Source: Gracilinanus agilis (lineage: Eukaryota). Taken from it: 64,000 nt of DNA. Positions 1 through 12,530 of the stretch are shown piece after piece. Location of the stretch: positions 276,266,426-276,330,425 of the forward strand of contig NC_058135.1 of NCBI RefSeq assembly GCF_016433145.1. The letters are read 5' to 3'. Below the pieces are notes generated by a model. The model had not been told where the DNA came from. It made no database searches and saw nothing but the letters and a program-made list of their open reading frames with translations. Within the stretch, counting starts at the first letter, position 1. The number at the start of each line of letters is the position of its first letter. Made by a program: the position numbers and the translations under genes.

Positions 1-138
1 TAAGTACACATCCTTATCCAAACACTTTGTTGCTGTGCAAAACCAAACAATAATAATTTAAGCTTTGTTAGGCTTTCTCATATAAAACATGTAGATAAAA
101 TATAGCTCTACCTAGCAGGTTGTTGTGTAAATCAAATG

Positions 139-141
<3 letters not shown>

Positions 142-176
<35 letters not shown>
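142..176. repeat. (TA)n microsatellite
   Basis: Pure TA run; a second (TA)n at 545-573 abuts the first gap. Confidence 0.95.
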
Positions 177-177
<1 letters not shown>

Positions 178-347
178 TTACAAATACACCCATACATCCA
201 GACGGAAATATATATTCAGGATACCTATATACAGTGTGAATATCCCAAATGGTTTGGTGTTGTTCTAAGGTAGCAGAATTTAAAGATGTATATAAAAGAC
301 TTTGGCAATATCATGTATATGTGTGTGGGTATAGTTATGTTCATATA

Positions 348-544
348 NNNNNNNNNNNNNNNNNNNNNNNNNNNNNNNNNNNNNNNNNNNNNNNNNNNNN
401 NNNNNNNNNNNNNNNNNNNNNNNNNNNNNNNNNNNNNNNNNNNNNNNNNNNNNNNNNNNNNNNNNNNNNNNNNNNNNNNNNNNNNNNNNNNNNNNNNNNN
501 NNNNNNNNNNNNNNNNNNNNNNNNNNNNNNNNNNNNNNNNNNNN
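348..544. other. Assembly gap (197 N)
   Basis: Run of N flanked by TA-rich sequence. Confidence 0.99.
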
Positions 545-581
<37 letters not shown>

Positions 582-757
582 CATATGAATATATACAAAA
601 CACTTTCCATATAGTACTTTATAAACTATAAATATATATATGATAATATGATATTAAGTAATTTTTTAAATACTATATGAAGTACTTTTAAGACTATAAT
701 AATTTATAAAATACTATATCATTTTTCAAAATTATTATATAATATATAAATAGATAT

Positions 758-778
758 TAGATAGATAGATAGATAGAT

Positions 779-813
<35 letters not shown>
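758..813. repeat. (GATA)n microsatellite
   Basis: tagatagataga... array with one 1-nt interruption. Confidence 0.95.
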
Positions 814-821
814 GAATTAAT

Positions 822-1062
822 GGATAGATCACTGAGCTTGGAATCAAGAAAAATCTTAGTTCAAATCTACCCTCAAGCACTTACTAGTTATGTGAACCTA
901 AATAAGTCACTTAACCTCTATTTATGTGAATTTTTCTCATCTATAAAATGGGAATAATAACAGCATCTATGTCCCAAGGTTGTTTATAGGACAAAATTAG
1001 ATAAGTTCAAAGCACTAATCAAAATGTCTGACATATAGGAAGCACTATAGACATGTTAGCTA
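822..1062 (+). mobile_element. MIR/MAR1-type CORE-SINE, old
   Basis: gttcaaatct...aagtcacttaacctct...ctcatctataaaatgggaataataa CORE-domain signature. Confidence 0.75.
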
Positions 1063-2139
1063 CAATAATTATTATCATTGTTGTCATTAGTATTATTATA
1101 CGAGTTCCTAATGACCAGATATATTTAGAGCTAGAAGAGATTTTAGTATCATGTATTCCAAAATCCATAGTTTACACATGGGGAAGCAGAGACTCGGAGT
1201 TTAAGGGAGTAATCCAAGCTCATCCTTAAAGTAATTAGCAAATTCTCATTTGCTAATGATTCTAAATCCAGAACTTACTGTTCGAATTCCAAATACATCA
1301 AGAACTATGCTATCTTTATGTGTGAAGGACTACACATTTTGTTTAAAAATATACTCTGATTACCTGAATTATACCTCCCCCTTTAACTGCATCTCAATGA
1401 TAAATTTGATGATCAATTTCTCTCTATTCCTACAGAACAGGTTGTAAGGACTCATCTCTGAAGATCTCTTTCAACTATAGCAAATAGTAGTTAATGGGGT
1501 GACTATTATTATATCATAAAATACTTTTATTTTAGATCAAGTTTTCTCTGGATTCATCACTGAGATCTCTTCTCATTTTTACAGTTGATTTCCATTTTGT
1601 GATATCTCAAGAAAAAATCACTTTAAAATATAGATTACTGTAGAGAGTTATAGTATTTAATATTGGAGACCTGTATACTAAGATAAATAAGATCACTCCT
1701 ATAGTCACAATATAGTACAGAAGACAATTCCCAGAAAATTATAGTATGATAGCCTTTAGATAAATGAGACATTAAATCCAAAGTCATGCATATAGCAAAT
1801 GACAAATGATTTCTAAACTTTCTACTTCTGTTTATATTGATTCTAATTATTGTCTAGAATCAAGTTTATGAAATCGCATATAATTTTGTTATCTTTTATT
1901 TCATATTTCAATGCTCAGAATTCCTAATCTTTAGCCTTTCCCCAGCCATTCTGAGTGAGACATACCCTTAAGAAAGAGTAAGAATTCTATGACACAGTAT
2001 AGTTCAATCTATTATGTTAAGTACTAATTTGTAACATCAGTTCCATTTGGGTTTTTAAATTATTTTAACAGTTTAATTAAATGAACTTTTCTTAAGTCCC
2101 AGCTATTTTCATAGGCAATATACTAGCCATCTAGTAATT

Positions 2140-5100
2140 TTTTTTCTGATTTAAATATTTAATTTTTTTAGAAAAAATTTCCCATGGTTGCATGATTCCT
2201 GTTTTTACTTTCTCCTTCATCCTTCCTTTAACGTCCCCCACCATATCCAACACACATTTCCACTGGTATTAACATGTGAGATCAGTCAAGACTTATTTAC
2301 ATATTATTGATAGTTACATTGGCGTGGTCATTTAGTGTCTACATCACCAACCATGTCCACATCAACCCCTGCATTCAAGCAGTTGTTTTTCTTCTGTGTT
2401 TCTACTCCTGTAGTTCTTCCTCTGAATGTGGGTAGTGTTCTTTTCCATAAATCCCTCAGAATTTTCCTGGGTAATTGCACTGTTGCCAGTACAGAAGTCT
2501 TTTACATTCAGTTTTACCACAGTGTATCAGACTCTCTGTAAAATGTTCTGGCTCTGCTCCTTTTGCTCTGCATCAATTCCTGGAGATCTTTCCAGTTCAC
2601 CTGGAATTCCTGTAGTTTATTATTCCTTTGAGCACAATAGTATTCAATCACCAGCATATGCCACAAAATTTGTTCAGCCATTCCCCAATTGAAGGGCATT
2701 TCCTCATTTTCCAGTTTTTTGCCACCACAAAAAGTGTGGCTATAAATATCTTTGTACAAGTCTGTTTATCTATGATCTCTTTGGGGTACAAACGCAGCAA
2801 TGCTATGGCTAGATCAAAGGGCAGGCATTCTTTTATCACTCTATGGGTATAGTTCCAAATTGCCATCCAGAATGGTTGGATCAGTTCAGAACTCCACCAG
2901 CAATGCATTAATGTCCCAATTTTGCCATATCCCCTCCAACATTCATTACTCTCCCCTGCTATCACTTTAGCCAATCTCCTAAGGGTGAGGTGGTACCTCC
3001 TAGTTGTTTTAATTTGCATTTCTTTAATTATTAGAGATTTAGAACACTTTCTCATGTTCTTATTGATAGTTTTGATTTCTTTATCTAAAAATTGCCTATT
3101 CATGCCCCTTTCCCATTTATCAATTGGGGAATGGCTTGATTTATTATACAATTGATTTAACTCCTTGTATATTTGAGTAATTAGACTTCTGTCAGAGTTT
3201 TTTGTTATAAAAGCTTTTTCCCAGTTTGTTGCTTCCCTTCTGATTTTGGTTGCATTGTTTTTGTTTGTACAAAAATTTTTTAATTTAATATAGTCAAAAT
3301 TATTTATTTTACATTTTGTAATTTTTTTCTAACTCTTGCTTGGTTTTAAAATCTTCCCTTTCCCATAGATTTTACAGGTATATTATTCTATGTTCACCTA
3401 ATTTTCTTATAGTTTCCTTCTTTATATTCAAGTCATTCATCTATTCTGAATTTATCTTGGTGTAGAGTGTGAGATGATGATTTAAACCTAATCTCTCCCA
3501 TATTGTTTTCCAATTTTCCCAACAGTTTTTGTCAAATAGTGGATTCATGTCCCAAAAGTTGGGCTCTTTGGGTTTATCATACACTGTCTTGCTGATGTCA
3601 TTTACCCCAAGTCTATTCCACTAATCCTCCCTTCTGTCTCTTAGCCAGGCCCATATCATTTTGATGACCAGAGCTTTATAGTAGAGTTTAATATCTTGTA
3701 CTGCTAGGCCACCTTCCTTCATGGTTTTTTCATTATTTCCCTTGATATTCTTGATCTTTTGTTCTTCTAAATGAACTTTGTTATAGTTTTGTCCAATTCA
3801 GTAAAAAATGTTTTTGGTAGTTTGATAGGTATGGCACTAAATAGGTAAATTAATTTGGGTAGCATGGTCATTTTTATTATGTTAGCTCATCCTACCCATG
3901 AACAATCAATGTTTTTCCAATTGTTTAGATCTAGTTTTAATTGTTTGGAAAGTGTTTTGTAGTGTTTTTCATATAATTTCTGTGTTTGTTTTGGAAGATA
4001 GATTCCTAAATATTTTATATTGTCTAGGATGATTTTAAATGGTGTTTCTCTTTCTACCTCTTGCTGCTGTGATGTGTTGGAGATATATAGAAATGCTGAT
4101 GATTTATGTGCATTTATTTTGTATCCTGCAACTTTGCTAAAGTTGTTGATTATTTCTATTTGCTTTTTAGTTGATTGTCTAGGATTTTTTAAGTAGATCA
4201 TCATATCATCTGTAAGAGTGATAGCTTAGTCTCTTCATTGCCTATTTTAATACCTTCAATTTCTTATTCTTCTCTAATAGCTACTGCTAGTGTTTCTAAT
4301 ATAATGTTAAATAATAGAGTTGATAGTGGGCATCCTTGTTTTATGCCGGATCTTATTGGGAAGGCTTCTAATTTATCCCCATTGCATATGATGCATGTTG
4401 ATGGTTTTAGATATATACTGTTTATTATTTTTAGGAAAGGTCTTTCTATTCCAATGCTTTCTAGTGTTTTCAATAGGTTTGAATGTTGTATTTTGTCAAA
4501 GGCTTTTTCAGCATCTATTGAGGTAATCATGTGGTTTTTGTTTTTTAGACTGTTGATAGGGCAATTATGTGAATGGTTTTCCTGATGTTGAACCATCCTT
4601 GCATTGCTGGTATAATTCCCACCTGATCATGATGGATAACCCTCACAATCACTTGCTGGAGTCTCTGCTAGTATACTGTTTAAGATTTTTGCATCTATGT
4701 TCATTAAGGAAATTGATCTTTAGTTTTCTTTCTCTGTTTTTGATCTACCTGGCTTTGGGATCAGTACCATATTTGTATCATAAAAGGAGTTTAGTAGAAC
4801 TCCTTCTTTGCTTATTATGTGAAATAGTTTGAATAATATTGGAATTAGTTGTTCTTTGGAGGTTTGATAGAATTCACTTGTGAATCCATCTGGTCCTGGG
4901 GATTTTTTTCTGAGGGAGTTCTTTGATGGCTTATTCAATTTCTTTTTCTGATATGGGATTATTTAATTATTCTAATTATTCTGCTGTTAAACTAGGCAAT
5001 TTATATTTTTGTAAGTATTCATCCATCTCACCTAGATTGCTATATTTATTGCCACATAATTGCACAAAATAGTTTTTAATGATTGCCTTGATTTCCTCTT

Positions 5101-8100
5101 CATTGGAGGTGAGGTCTCCCTTTTCATCTTTAATACTGTCAATTTGATTTTCTTCTTTCCTTTTTTAAATTAGATTGAACAGTAATTTGTCGATTTTGTT
5201 TGTTTTTTTCAAAGCACCAGCTTCTAGTCTTATTTATTAATTTAATAGTTCTTTTATGTTCAATTTTACTGATTTCTCCTTTAATTTTTATAATCTCTAA
5301 TTTGGTGTTTAGCTGGTGATTTTTAATTTGTTCCCTTTCTAGGTTTTTTAATTTGCATGCCCAGTTCATTGATATTTGCCCTCTCTAATTTGTTAATACA
5401 TGCATTCAAGGATATAAATTTCCCCCTGAGTACTGCCTTAGCTGCATCCCACAGAGTTTGGTACAATGTCTCATCATTGTCATTCTCTTGAATGAAATTA
5501 TTGATTGTTTCTATGATTTCTTCTTTAACTGGTTTTGGAGAATCATATTATTTAATTTCCAATTAGTTTTTGATTTGCCTTTCCAGGTGCCCTTACTAAT
5601 TATTATTTTTATTGTGTTATGATCTGAGAAGGTTACATTTATTATTTCTGCTCTTTTGCATTTGTTTGCAATGTTTCTATGCCATATTACATGGTCAATC
5701 TTTGTGAAGGTACCATGTGCAGCTGAAAAGAAGGTGTATTGCTTTTTGTCCCTATTTATTTTTCTCCACATATCTATTAAATCTAATTTTTCTAGGATTT
5801 ATTTTACTTCTCTTATCTCTTTCTTATTTATATTTTGGTTTGATTTACCTAAATCTGAAAGAGGAATATATAGTTCTCCCACTAGTATGGTTTTACTATC
5901 TATTTCCTCCTTGAGCTCTGCCAGTTTCTCCTTCAGGAATCTGGATACTATACATGTCAAGCACTGTTGTTTCCTCATTGTCTATACTGCCTTTTATCAG
6001 GATGTAATTACATTCCCTATCTTTTAATCAAATCTATTTTAACTTTGGCTCTGTCAGAGAGCATGATTGCCAATCCTGCCTTCTTCTTCTCATTGGAAGC
6101 CCAAAAGATTTTGATCCAGCACTTGACCCTAAACCTGTGTATGTCCACCTGACTCATATGTGGTTCTTGAAGACAACATATGGTAGGATTTTGATTTCTA
6201 ATCCACTCTGCTATTTGCTTCCATTTTATGGGTGAGTTCATCCCATTCACATTCAGAATTATAATTATCAGTTGTGTATTCCCCAACATTTTGGTATCCT
6301 CTCCTAGTTCTACTCCTTCTTCTTACACTATTTCCTTTTAAACCAGTGGTTTGTTTTGGACCAATCCCCCTTGTCCTCTCCCTTGATTTACTTCACTTTC
6401 TACCCTCTCCCTTATTATTCCCCCCTTTTTATTTTTAAGGCCTAATGAATTCCCTCCCTCCTCTCCTCACATCCCCTTTTTGACCTCCTCACTCCCCTGC
6501 TCCCCTTGGTTAATCCCTTCTGACTTTCTCAGTAGGGTTAGATAGAATTCTATATCCCAATGGATATAGCTACTCTTCCCTCTCAGGGTTAATTCCGCTG
6601 GGAGTAAGGTTTAAATATTACCTCTTAATGCTCTCTTCTTCTCCTCTTTATAATAGTATTCATCCCCTCCCCTTCCCATGCTCTCTTTGTGTGGTATAGA
6701 ATATCCTATTTTTCTTATTCATTCAAGTTTCTCTTGATGCCATCTACTATTCACCTCCCCCCTTCTTTTTTCCCTGCCCCATCTCATCTTAGACCATTTA
6801 GTGCTCCAACCTCTCCCTATGAATATTTTTTTCTAATTACTGTAATAGTGAATACAGTTTTTGAAAATTACACATAACATTTCTCCATATAGGAATACAA
6901 ATAATTTGATCTTATTAACTCTCTTAAAGTGGTGAATTTAAGAATAAGAATTTTCTTTCTTTCCCCTCTGTTTCTTATTTACCTTTTCATGTTTCTCTTG
7001 GTTTTTGTGGTTGAATATCCAACTTTCCATTTAGTCCTGGTCTTTTCTGTGCAAATACTTGGAAATCTTCTATCTTGTTGAATGCCCATAATTTCCCCTG
7101 GAAGTATGTAGTCAGTTTTGATGGGTAAGTCATCCTTGTTTGTAGACCCAGTTCTCTTGCCTTTCTGAATATCATATTCCAAGCCTTGTGCTCGTTTAGC
7201 GTGGAGGCTGCCAGGTCCTATGTGATCCTGATTGGTGCCCCTTGATATCTGCATTGTCTCTTTATGACTTCTTATAAAATATTTTCTTTTACTTCGAAGC
7301 TCTTGAATTTGGCTATTATATTCCTGGGGGTTGTCTTTTCTGGGTCTAGTGTAAAGGGTGATCTATGGATCCTTTCAATGTCTATATTGCCCTCTTGTTG
7401 TAGAACTTCAGGGCAGTTCGCTGAATAATTTCTTTTATTGTGGAGTCCAAATTTCTATTAATTTCTGGTTTTTCAGGAAGACCAATGATTCTAAAATTGT
7501 CTCATCTAGAACAGTTTCCTTGATCTGTCAATTTTTCATTGAGATATTTCATATTTCCTTCTATTTTATCAGTCTTTTGACTTTGCTTTATTTGTTCTTA
7601 CTGTCTTGAGAGATCATTGGCTTCTAATTGCCCATTTCTAACCTTCAGAGTCTGGTTTTCCTTTTTAGTCTGATCTATCTGGTTCTTCAAGGCTTCCAGC
7701 TAGTCATTTCTGGTCTTCAATTTGTTTATCAATTCATTTGACTTCTGAACCTCACTTTACAAATGCAAAATTCTGCCTTTTCAAACTGTTGTTTTCTTGA
7801 CAGATCTCTTCCATCTTTCTCATGATCTCAGATTTGAACTCTTAAAGATCTTGTGACACATTTTCATTTTTTGGGGAAGGTTTGGATGTCTTTAATTGTT
7901 TGTCCTCTGTTTTCTGGTTTTTTTATGTGCAGAAGTTATCAAGAGTTAGAGCTTTTTTCTTGGTCTTCTTATTTATTTCTTGGGCCTTGATTGGCATCAT
8001 TATGTTTTATCTGCCAGAAGTCTGAGTAAGGCAATCTGATTCTCTTTTTATGGAGTTAGGGAGCAGTTTTTTGCCTGAGGCTACTTTGTGAGGCTCTTGG

Positions 8101-8834
8101 CTTCTATAGGGAGCCTCCTGGAGTCTCTGGTCTAACTTTTTTACAGGGTCGAGCCCCCATCTTCCTAGCCAGCTGCCCAGAGCTTGGAACTTGGCCTGAG
8201 CTTGCTCCTCCACCTGAGATTTTCCCCTGAGTCTGAGCGTGCTGGGTGCTGCTGATGCCTCTCTTAGCCTCACTCCCGTGTCCAAGGTCCGAGTTTTCTA
8301 GCCTCCTGGGGTCTCTGGTCTAGCTGTTTTCAGGGTCAAAGCCCCTGTGGTCATAGCCAGGTGCCCAGAGCCCAGAACTTGGCCCACACTTGCTCCTCCA
8401 CCTGAGATTTTCCCCTGAGTCTTAGTGCTGGGCGCTGCTGCTGCCTCTCTCAGCCCCACTCTTGTGTCCAAGGTCTGAGTTTTCCAGCCACCTTGGATCT
8501 CAGGTCTTGTTGCTCTCAGGGGCAAGCTCCTAGCAGTGCCTGATAGCTGCCAAGGGGCTAGGTTTTGTGCCCATGCTTGCTCTAACTGGAGCGCAGCCTC
8601 TGACTCTGGTACTGTGTATGTGGTGGGGGAGGGTTGATCTCTTTGCATTTTGATGGGAGCTATTTCCCCCCTTTATAGTGTGGAAGTGCCCAAATCCCAT
8701 GTACCTTCGATACTGCACCCTATTGTGGGGTCCCTTCTTTCATTTTTTTTTGTCCTTTGGAGTTATGCTATATTGTTTGGAAAGGAGAGAAAGTCACCCA
8801 GCTTCTACTCAACCACCATATTAACCAGGAAGTC
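2140..8834 (-). mobile_element. Near full-length opossum-type LINE-1, decayed (5'UTR, ORF1, long inter-ORF spacer, ORF2, 3'UTR)
   Basis: Minus-strand ORF pieces match L1 ORF2: endonuclease (LNVNGMNSPIK...CCLQE, 6017-6289), RT ([14 protein letters not shown]; [15 protein letters not shown]; GIKQGCPLS) and C-terminus (YHLT...CWRGYGKIGTLMHCWW). ORF1 C-terminus at 6987-7175 (ARELGLQTRMTYPSKL). The 5' end reads gacttcctggttaatatggtgg at 8834. Many stops and frameshifts. Candidate 9-bp TSD ccatctagt at 2127-2135 and 8850-8858. Confidence 0.95.
8113..8530 (-). repeat. About 187-bp tandem repeat (about 2.2 units) in the L1 5'UTR
   Basis: Unit start gcctcctgg(a/g)gtctctggtcta at 8113 and 8301, degenerate at 8487; internal block cttgctcctccacctgagatt..cccctgagtct appears in both full units. 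Confidence 0.85.
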
Positions 8835-9762
8835 AGGAGCAAACTTTTCCCATCTAGTCTTGAAAAACCTAAAATAGAACAGTCTCTTCCCCTAGCTTAC
8901 ATTGTAACTAGGTGACAAAATATGTTAAGGAAAGCAGAATAATCTTCTTTTTCCCCATAGAAGAACAAGAAGGACTTGCTCTTGAAATTAGATTTGAAGA
9001 AGCCAACTTTTCCAAGACATAAAGACAACAGGATGGACTCCTTACATGGAGAACAATCTAGGCAAAGACATAGAAGGGGGGGGCAATTTTGACAAAAAAA
9101 AAATAATGAAAAAATAACACTCTAAATTGTGTACATTGAAATGTCTAGAAAGCAGGTCACTTAGCAAATAATTTTCTAGGAAATGCATTCTCCTTTATTT
9201 CACAGAAAGACTGAGTCATTTGATCGCTGTGTTTCTTTCAAAGATAATGATTCCATTACTTGGAATGAAGAATTATATATAAGATCCAAGAGATATCATT
9301 ACCTCCTCCTTCATTATTTCTTAGGACCCTTTGGAACCATATATTAGTAGTCCAATATGGACAGAGCACACCGGTATCATCACTTTTTAAAAATAAAATT
9401 CTAGATATTCAATTTTTAAAAAGATATTGCTAGCTTGAAGAATATCTAGAATATGACAACAAGGATGGTGATGGCCTTGAATCAATACCATAGAGTATCA
9501 GTTGACAATTTTAAGGGTAAAAAATGCCTAACTTGAACTAAGTCAAATTGGAAAGGGATGATTCAAGTGTTGGGTCCTCTCTCATTATGTCTTCATGTCA
9601 TTGAATGGTTACTTGTTAGGAAAGCTTTGGTGGAGGTTCCTTTCAAATTTGAATTGTACTATTTCACTACTGAGCTTCCTCATAATTCTAAACCCCCATA
9701 GTTCTATGCTATTATTATACATTTCTCAAATTCTTCCTTATTTGCTATATATGCATATGGGA

Positions 9763-9995
9763 GGCAGAGAGGTGGCAAATAAATGGTGTCAGTCTACAGT
9801 AAGGAAGACATGAGTTCAAATTTGGCTTAAGGCACTGACGGTGTGTGACCCTGAAGAAGTCACTTAGTTTTGACTTGCCTCAGTTTCCTCATCTGGAAAA
9901 TGAAGATAATAGCATTTACCTCCAGGCTTATTGTGAGGATTAAATGAGATAACAACTTAGCCTGGAACATAATAAGCAATATAAAAATGTTGGCT
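9763..9995 (+). mobile_element. MIR/MAR1-type CORE-SINE
   Basis: gagttcaaat...gtgtgaccct...aagtcactta...gcctcagtttcctcatctggaaaatg...ttgtgaggattaaatgagataa. Confidence 0.8.
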
Positions 9996-10067
9996 ATTAC
10001 TCTCTGTGTGTGTATGAATATCTACTAGCAAAAAAAGCAATGTTAGTCTATTTATGAAATTATCTTC

Positions 10068-10209
10068 CTCCCAGGGAATTCTAAACTGAATGTATGCTAG
10101 GAATTTAAGTATGGTAAAACTTATTAATTTCATGTTGCCAGAGAAACCTATCTTATTTCACACTAAAGAATGTTACATAGGGCTTAGTTGACTTCAAAGA
10201 ATGGTAAGA
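10068..10209 (+). promoter_or_regulatory. Candidate OR promoter/5' exon end: O/E (EBF)-like site plus 5' splice donor
   Basis: CTCCCAGGG(A) at 10068-10076 fits the O/E consensus YYCCCARRR; donor ATG|GTAAGA at 10203/10204. Spacing resembles the two OR8J promoter copies. Link to OR8I2 is inferred. Confidence 0.35.
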
Positions 10210-10267
10210 CTTTTATTTTTCGGTGCCCTTCTTACAATGGATTCTTATAAAAATCCACTCTTTTGCC

Positions 10268-10339
10268 AGCAAGATGGCTCAGTGAATAGAGGGCCAGGAC
10301 TGAATATTGGAGGTGATGCATTCAAATCTTGTTTCAGAC
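10268..10339 (+). mobile_element. SINE 5' half, split by an LTR (3' half at 11278-11312)
   Basis: gctcagtgaatagagggccagg...ttcaaatcttgtttcagac resumes as agacacatcctagctatgtgacctaggcaagt after the insert. Confidence 0.7.
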
Positions 10340-11277
10340 TGTAAATAGTTTTGCCAGTGGCCATTTTGTGCCAACTGTAGCAAGAGGGAGTTCAGATCTT
10401 AGAATGCCCAAAGCAGGAATGAGGCAGTGGAAGATTGTTGGAGCATCCCTATATTTAGGAGACCACCCCAAGCCAAAGGGACTCAGTCATGAGTTAGGTG
10501 AGCGGAAGGGTAGAATGGGAAAGCTCCAATTGAATCCAGAAGCTTCACTAGAGACTTATAGCAGCTGATTCACTTAAGGGTCCAGCTACTTAGGTCAATC
10601 ATCTTATCCTGCTATTAGCAACACATTTCATCAACAATATCATCAAAATTCAAGAACATCATCAAGAACATCATCACAGGAAATCAACAACGATACTTTG
10701 CCAGTCAAGTTTAGCTTTGTCATCTAGTAGCTAGACTAAGCCAGAGACTGCCAGGCCAACCTGAGCATCAACATTTCATTTGAGGCTTTCCCCAAAGGGA
10801 ACTGCCAAGCCATTTCATCAAACTAGTTTCAGCTTAGATTATCCTTATACCTCTGTCCTTACCCATTACACTTTATTCCCTTACTTCAAGTCATTCCTGT
10901 ATTCATCAATTAAATATAGATATCTGTTACCTGAGATCTGTTGTTTGGCCTAGTTCACCAACTCCATAAAGATCCTCAATGCCAAATCTGGCAGTTGAGG
11001 GACAACTCTCTGACTAGGAAGAATATACAAGCTTACTATCAACTCTTGCTTGTAATTGATTCCCATCTGTTCAAAATCTTCATTACCAATTCGCTGTCAG
11101 ACAAGCAGTAATCCAAATAACATCATGAAGATACAAAGATATAAATCCTTAGGGAACAGTGAGCTTAACTAGTTACAGTTTGAAATCTTCACAGTATCAG
11201 CTCACTGGCTCCCCACTCAGTTGGGAAACACTGTCTAGCTGCTGAACAAGAAGCAAGCTGTGAAAATAATCCCAACA
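10340..11277. mobile_element. Solo-LTR-like insertion (TGT...ACA, 4-bp TSD)
   Basis: Starts TGTAAATAG at 10340, ends CCCAACA at 11277; agac duplicated at 10336-10339 and 11278-11281; interrupts a SINE. Confidence 0.7.
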
Positions 11278-11339
11278 AGACACATCCTAGCTATGTGACC
11301 TAGGCAAGTTACAACAATAATAGTTACAACAATAATAGT

Positions 11340-11858
11340 TGTATTATAAAATTTCAAATTTACCTTTGTTTCATAGGAACATGACTTCAAAGAACTCTGA
11401 AACTGACCTTATCCCAGAATGAACAATAAACTTCCAACCATCCATTAAGCACCTTGAATGGGAATGATAGAGATACTCAAGTCTTAAAAACCCTTTTCAG
11501 GTTCTTGGTTCCTCTTATTGTATTTGGGCCTCTTCCAGATACCCTAGCCTCAGGTTACAGCCTCATTCCCATGTCCCTATGAAACTTGTCTGGTTATTTT
11601 TACTGATTATATTCCTTTAAAAGTATATGAGATCCCAATTTCTTCATTTCAATGGAAAATCCCATGATGGAAATCCCATTCATGGTGAATTTTTCCAGAT
11701 ACATTGTTTCCAGAGTCTCAAAGTTTAGCTCAGTGTGGTGGTAGTAGTGTGTGTGAATGACTCTCTATGGTGATAATAAGAGCAATATCTCCCTTGTCCT
11801 GACTAAAAACTTGCTCTTTTATAACTACTTGGTGATCCTTTGTATTTCCAGGTTGACA
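11340..11858. mobile_element. Possible LTR
   Basis: TGTATTATAAAA...GGTTGACA termini and LTR-like composition; no TSD found. Confidence 0.35.
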
Positions 11859-11954
11859 AAATCGATTTGAAGCATTTTATTCTATTAGAGAGACAGGAAA
11901 GGAAACTTTTTTTGCTATTGCTTATTGTAAACTATTTAGTCAATTAATGTAGAG

Positions 11955-12530
11955 CTCTGATGCCGAATCTATGGCACATGTGCCAAAGATGGCACATAGA
12001 GACCTCTCTGCAGGCGCATGCACCATCCCCGACAGAGCTAGTTACTAGAAAGGCAGAGCTGTTCCCTTTTCCCTTGCCACCATGCATCCCTGCCCCTTTG
12101 GACTTACTCTCTTCCCTGATCAGAGTGCCTAGACCACTCTCTTCCATTTCTCCCTCCCCTATCTGGGACTAGGGGCTGCAGGGTGGTAGGAGCAGGGTCT
12201 CCTCCCCTGTACACCTTTGTTATGCAAATATAAGCAGCCTAAAAGGCACTAAGGTTGTATCCCTTCAACAGAGCAGAGCAGAGACCAAGTGGGATTGCAT
12301 TTAAATCAGACTTGACAAGGACATGCACCCTACATTGTATTGAGGCCCCCTGCCCCTCTAGCCTTCCCCTACCTTCCCAACCCTACTAGTATTCTCCAGG
12401 CAAACGCTGGCAGCAGACCCCTTGATTGCACCCCACCCCCACCCCATGTGGATGGATGAAGTGACCCCCACCCCCAAATGTGTTGGTGGGGGCATTCATT
12501 TTTAACTGGGACTCAGTGTCACATAAAACT
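11955..12530 (+). mobile_element. Non-autonomous hAT-superfamily DNA transposon, degenerate
   Basis: 5' end CTCTGATGCCGAATCTatggcacatgtgccaaagatggcac matches 12/16 to the hAT terminus CAGTGATGGCGAACCT as recalled, preceded by a TCTAGA-like target (atgtagag); GC-rich body; 3' TIR not recognisable. Confidence 0.6.

Noticed and set aside
225-614. Several 90-120 aa ORFs
   Set aside because: They span an N gap and TA repeats.
6300-6960. Long pyrimidine/purine-skewed segment between L1 ORF1 and ORF2
   Set aside because: Long inter-ORF spacers are a known trait of marsupial L1s.
9398-9452. Perfect 13-bp inverted repeat (attctagatattc / gaatatctagaat)
   Set aside because: Short and AT-rich, with no TSD or second copy; compatible with chance.
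11307-11340. 15-bp direct repeat agttacaacaataat x2
   Set aside because: Simple slippage duplication at a repeat junction; not a CRISPR or a TSD.
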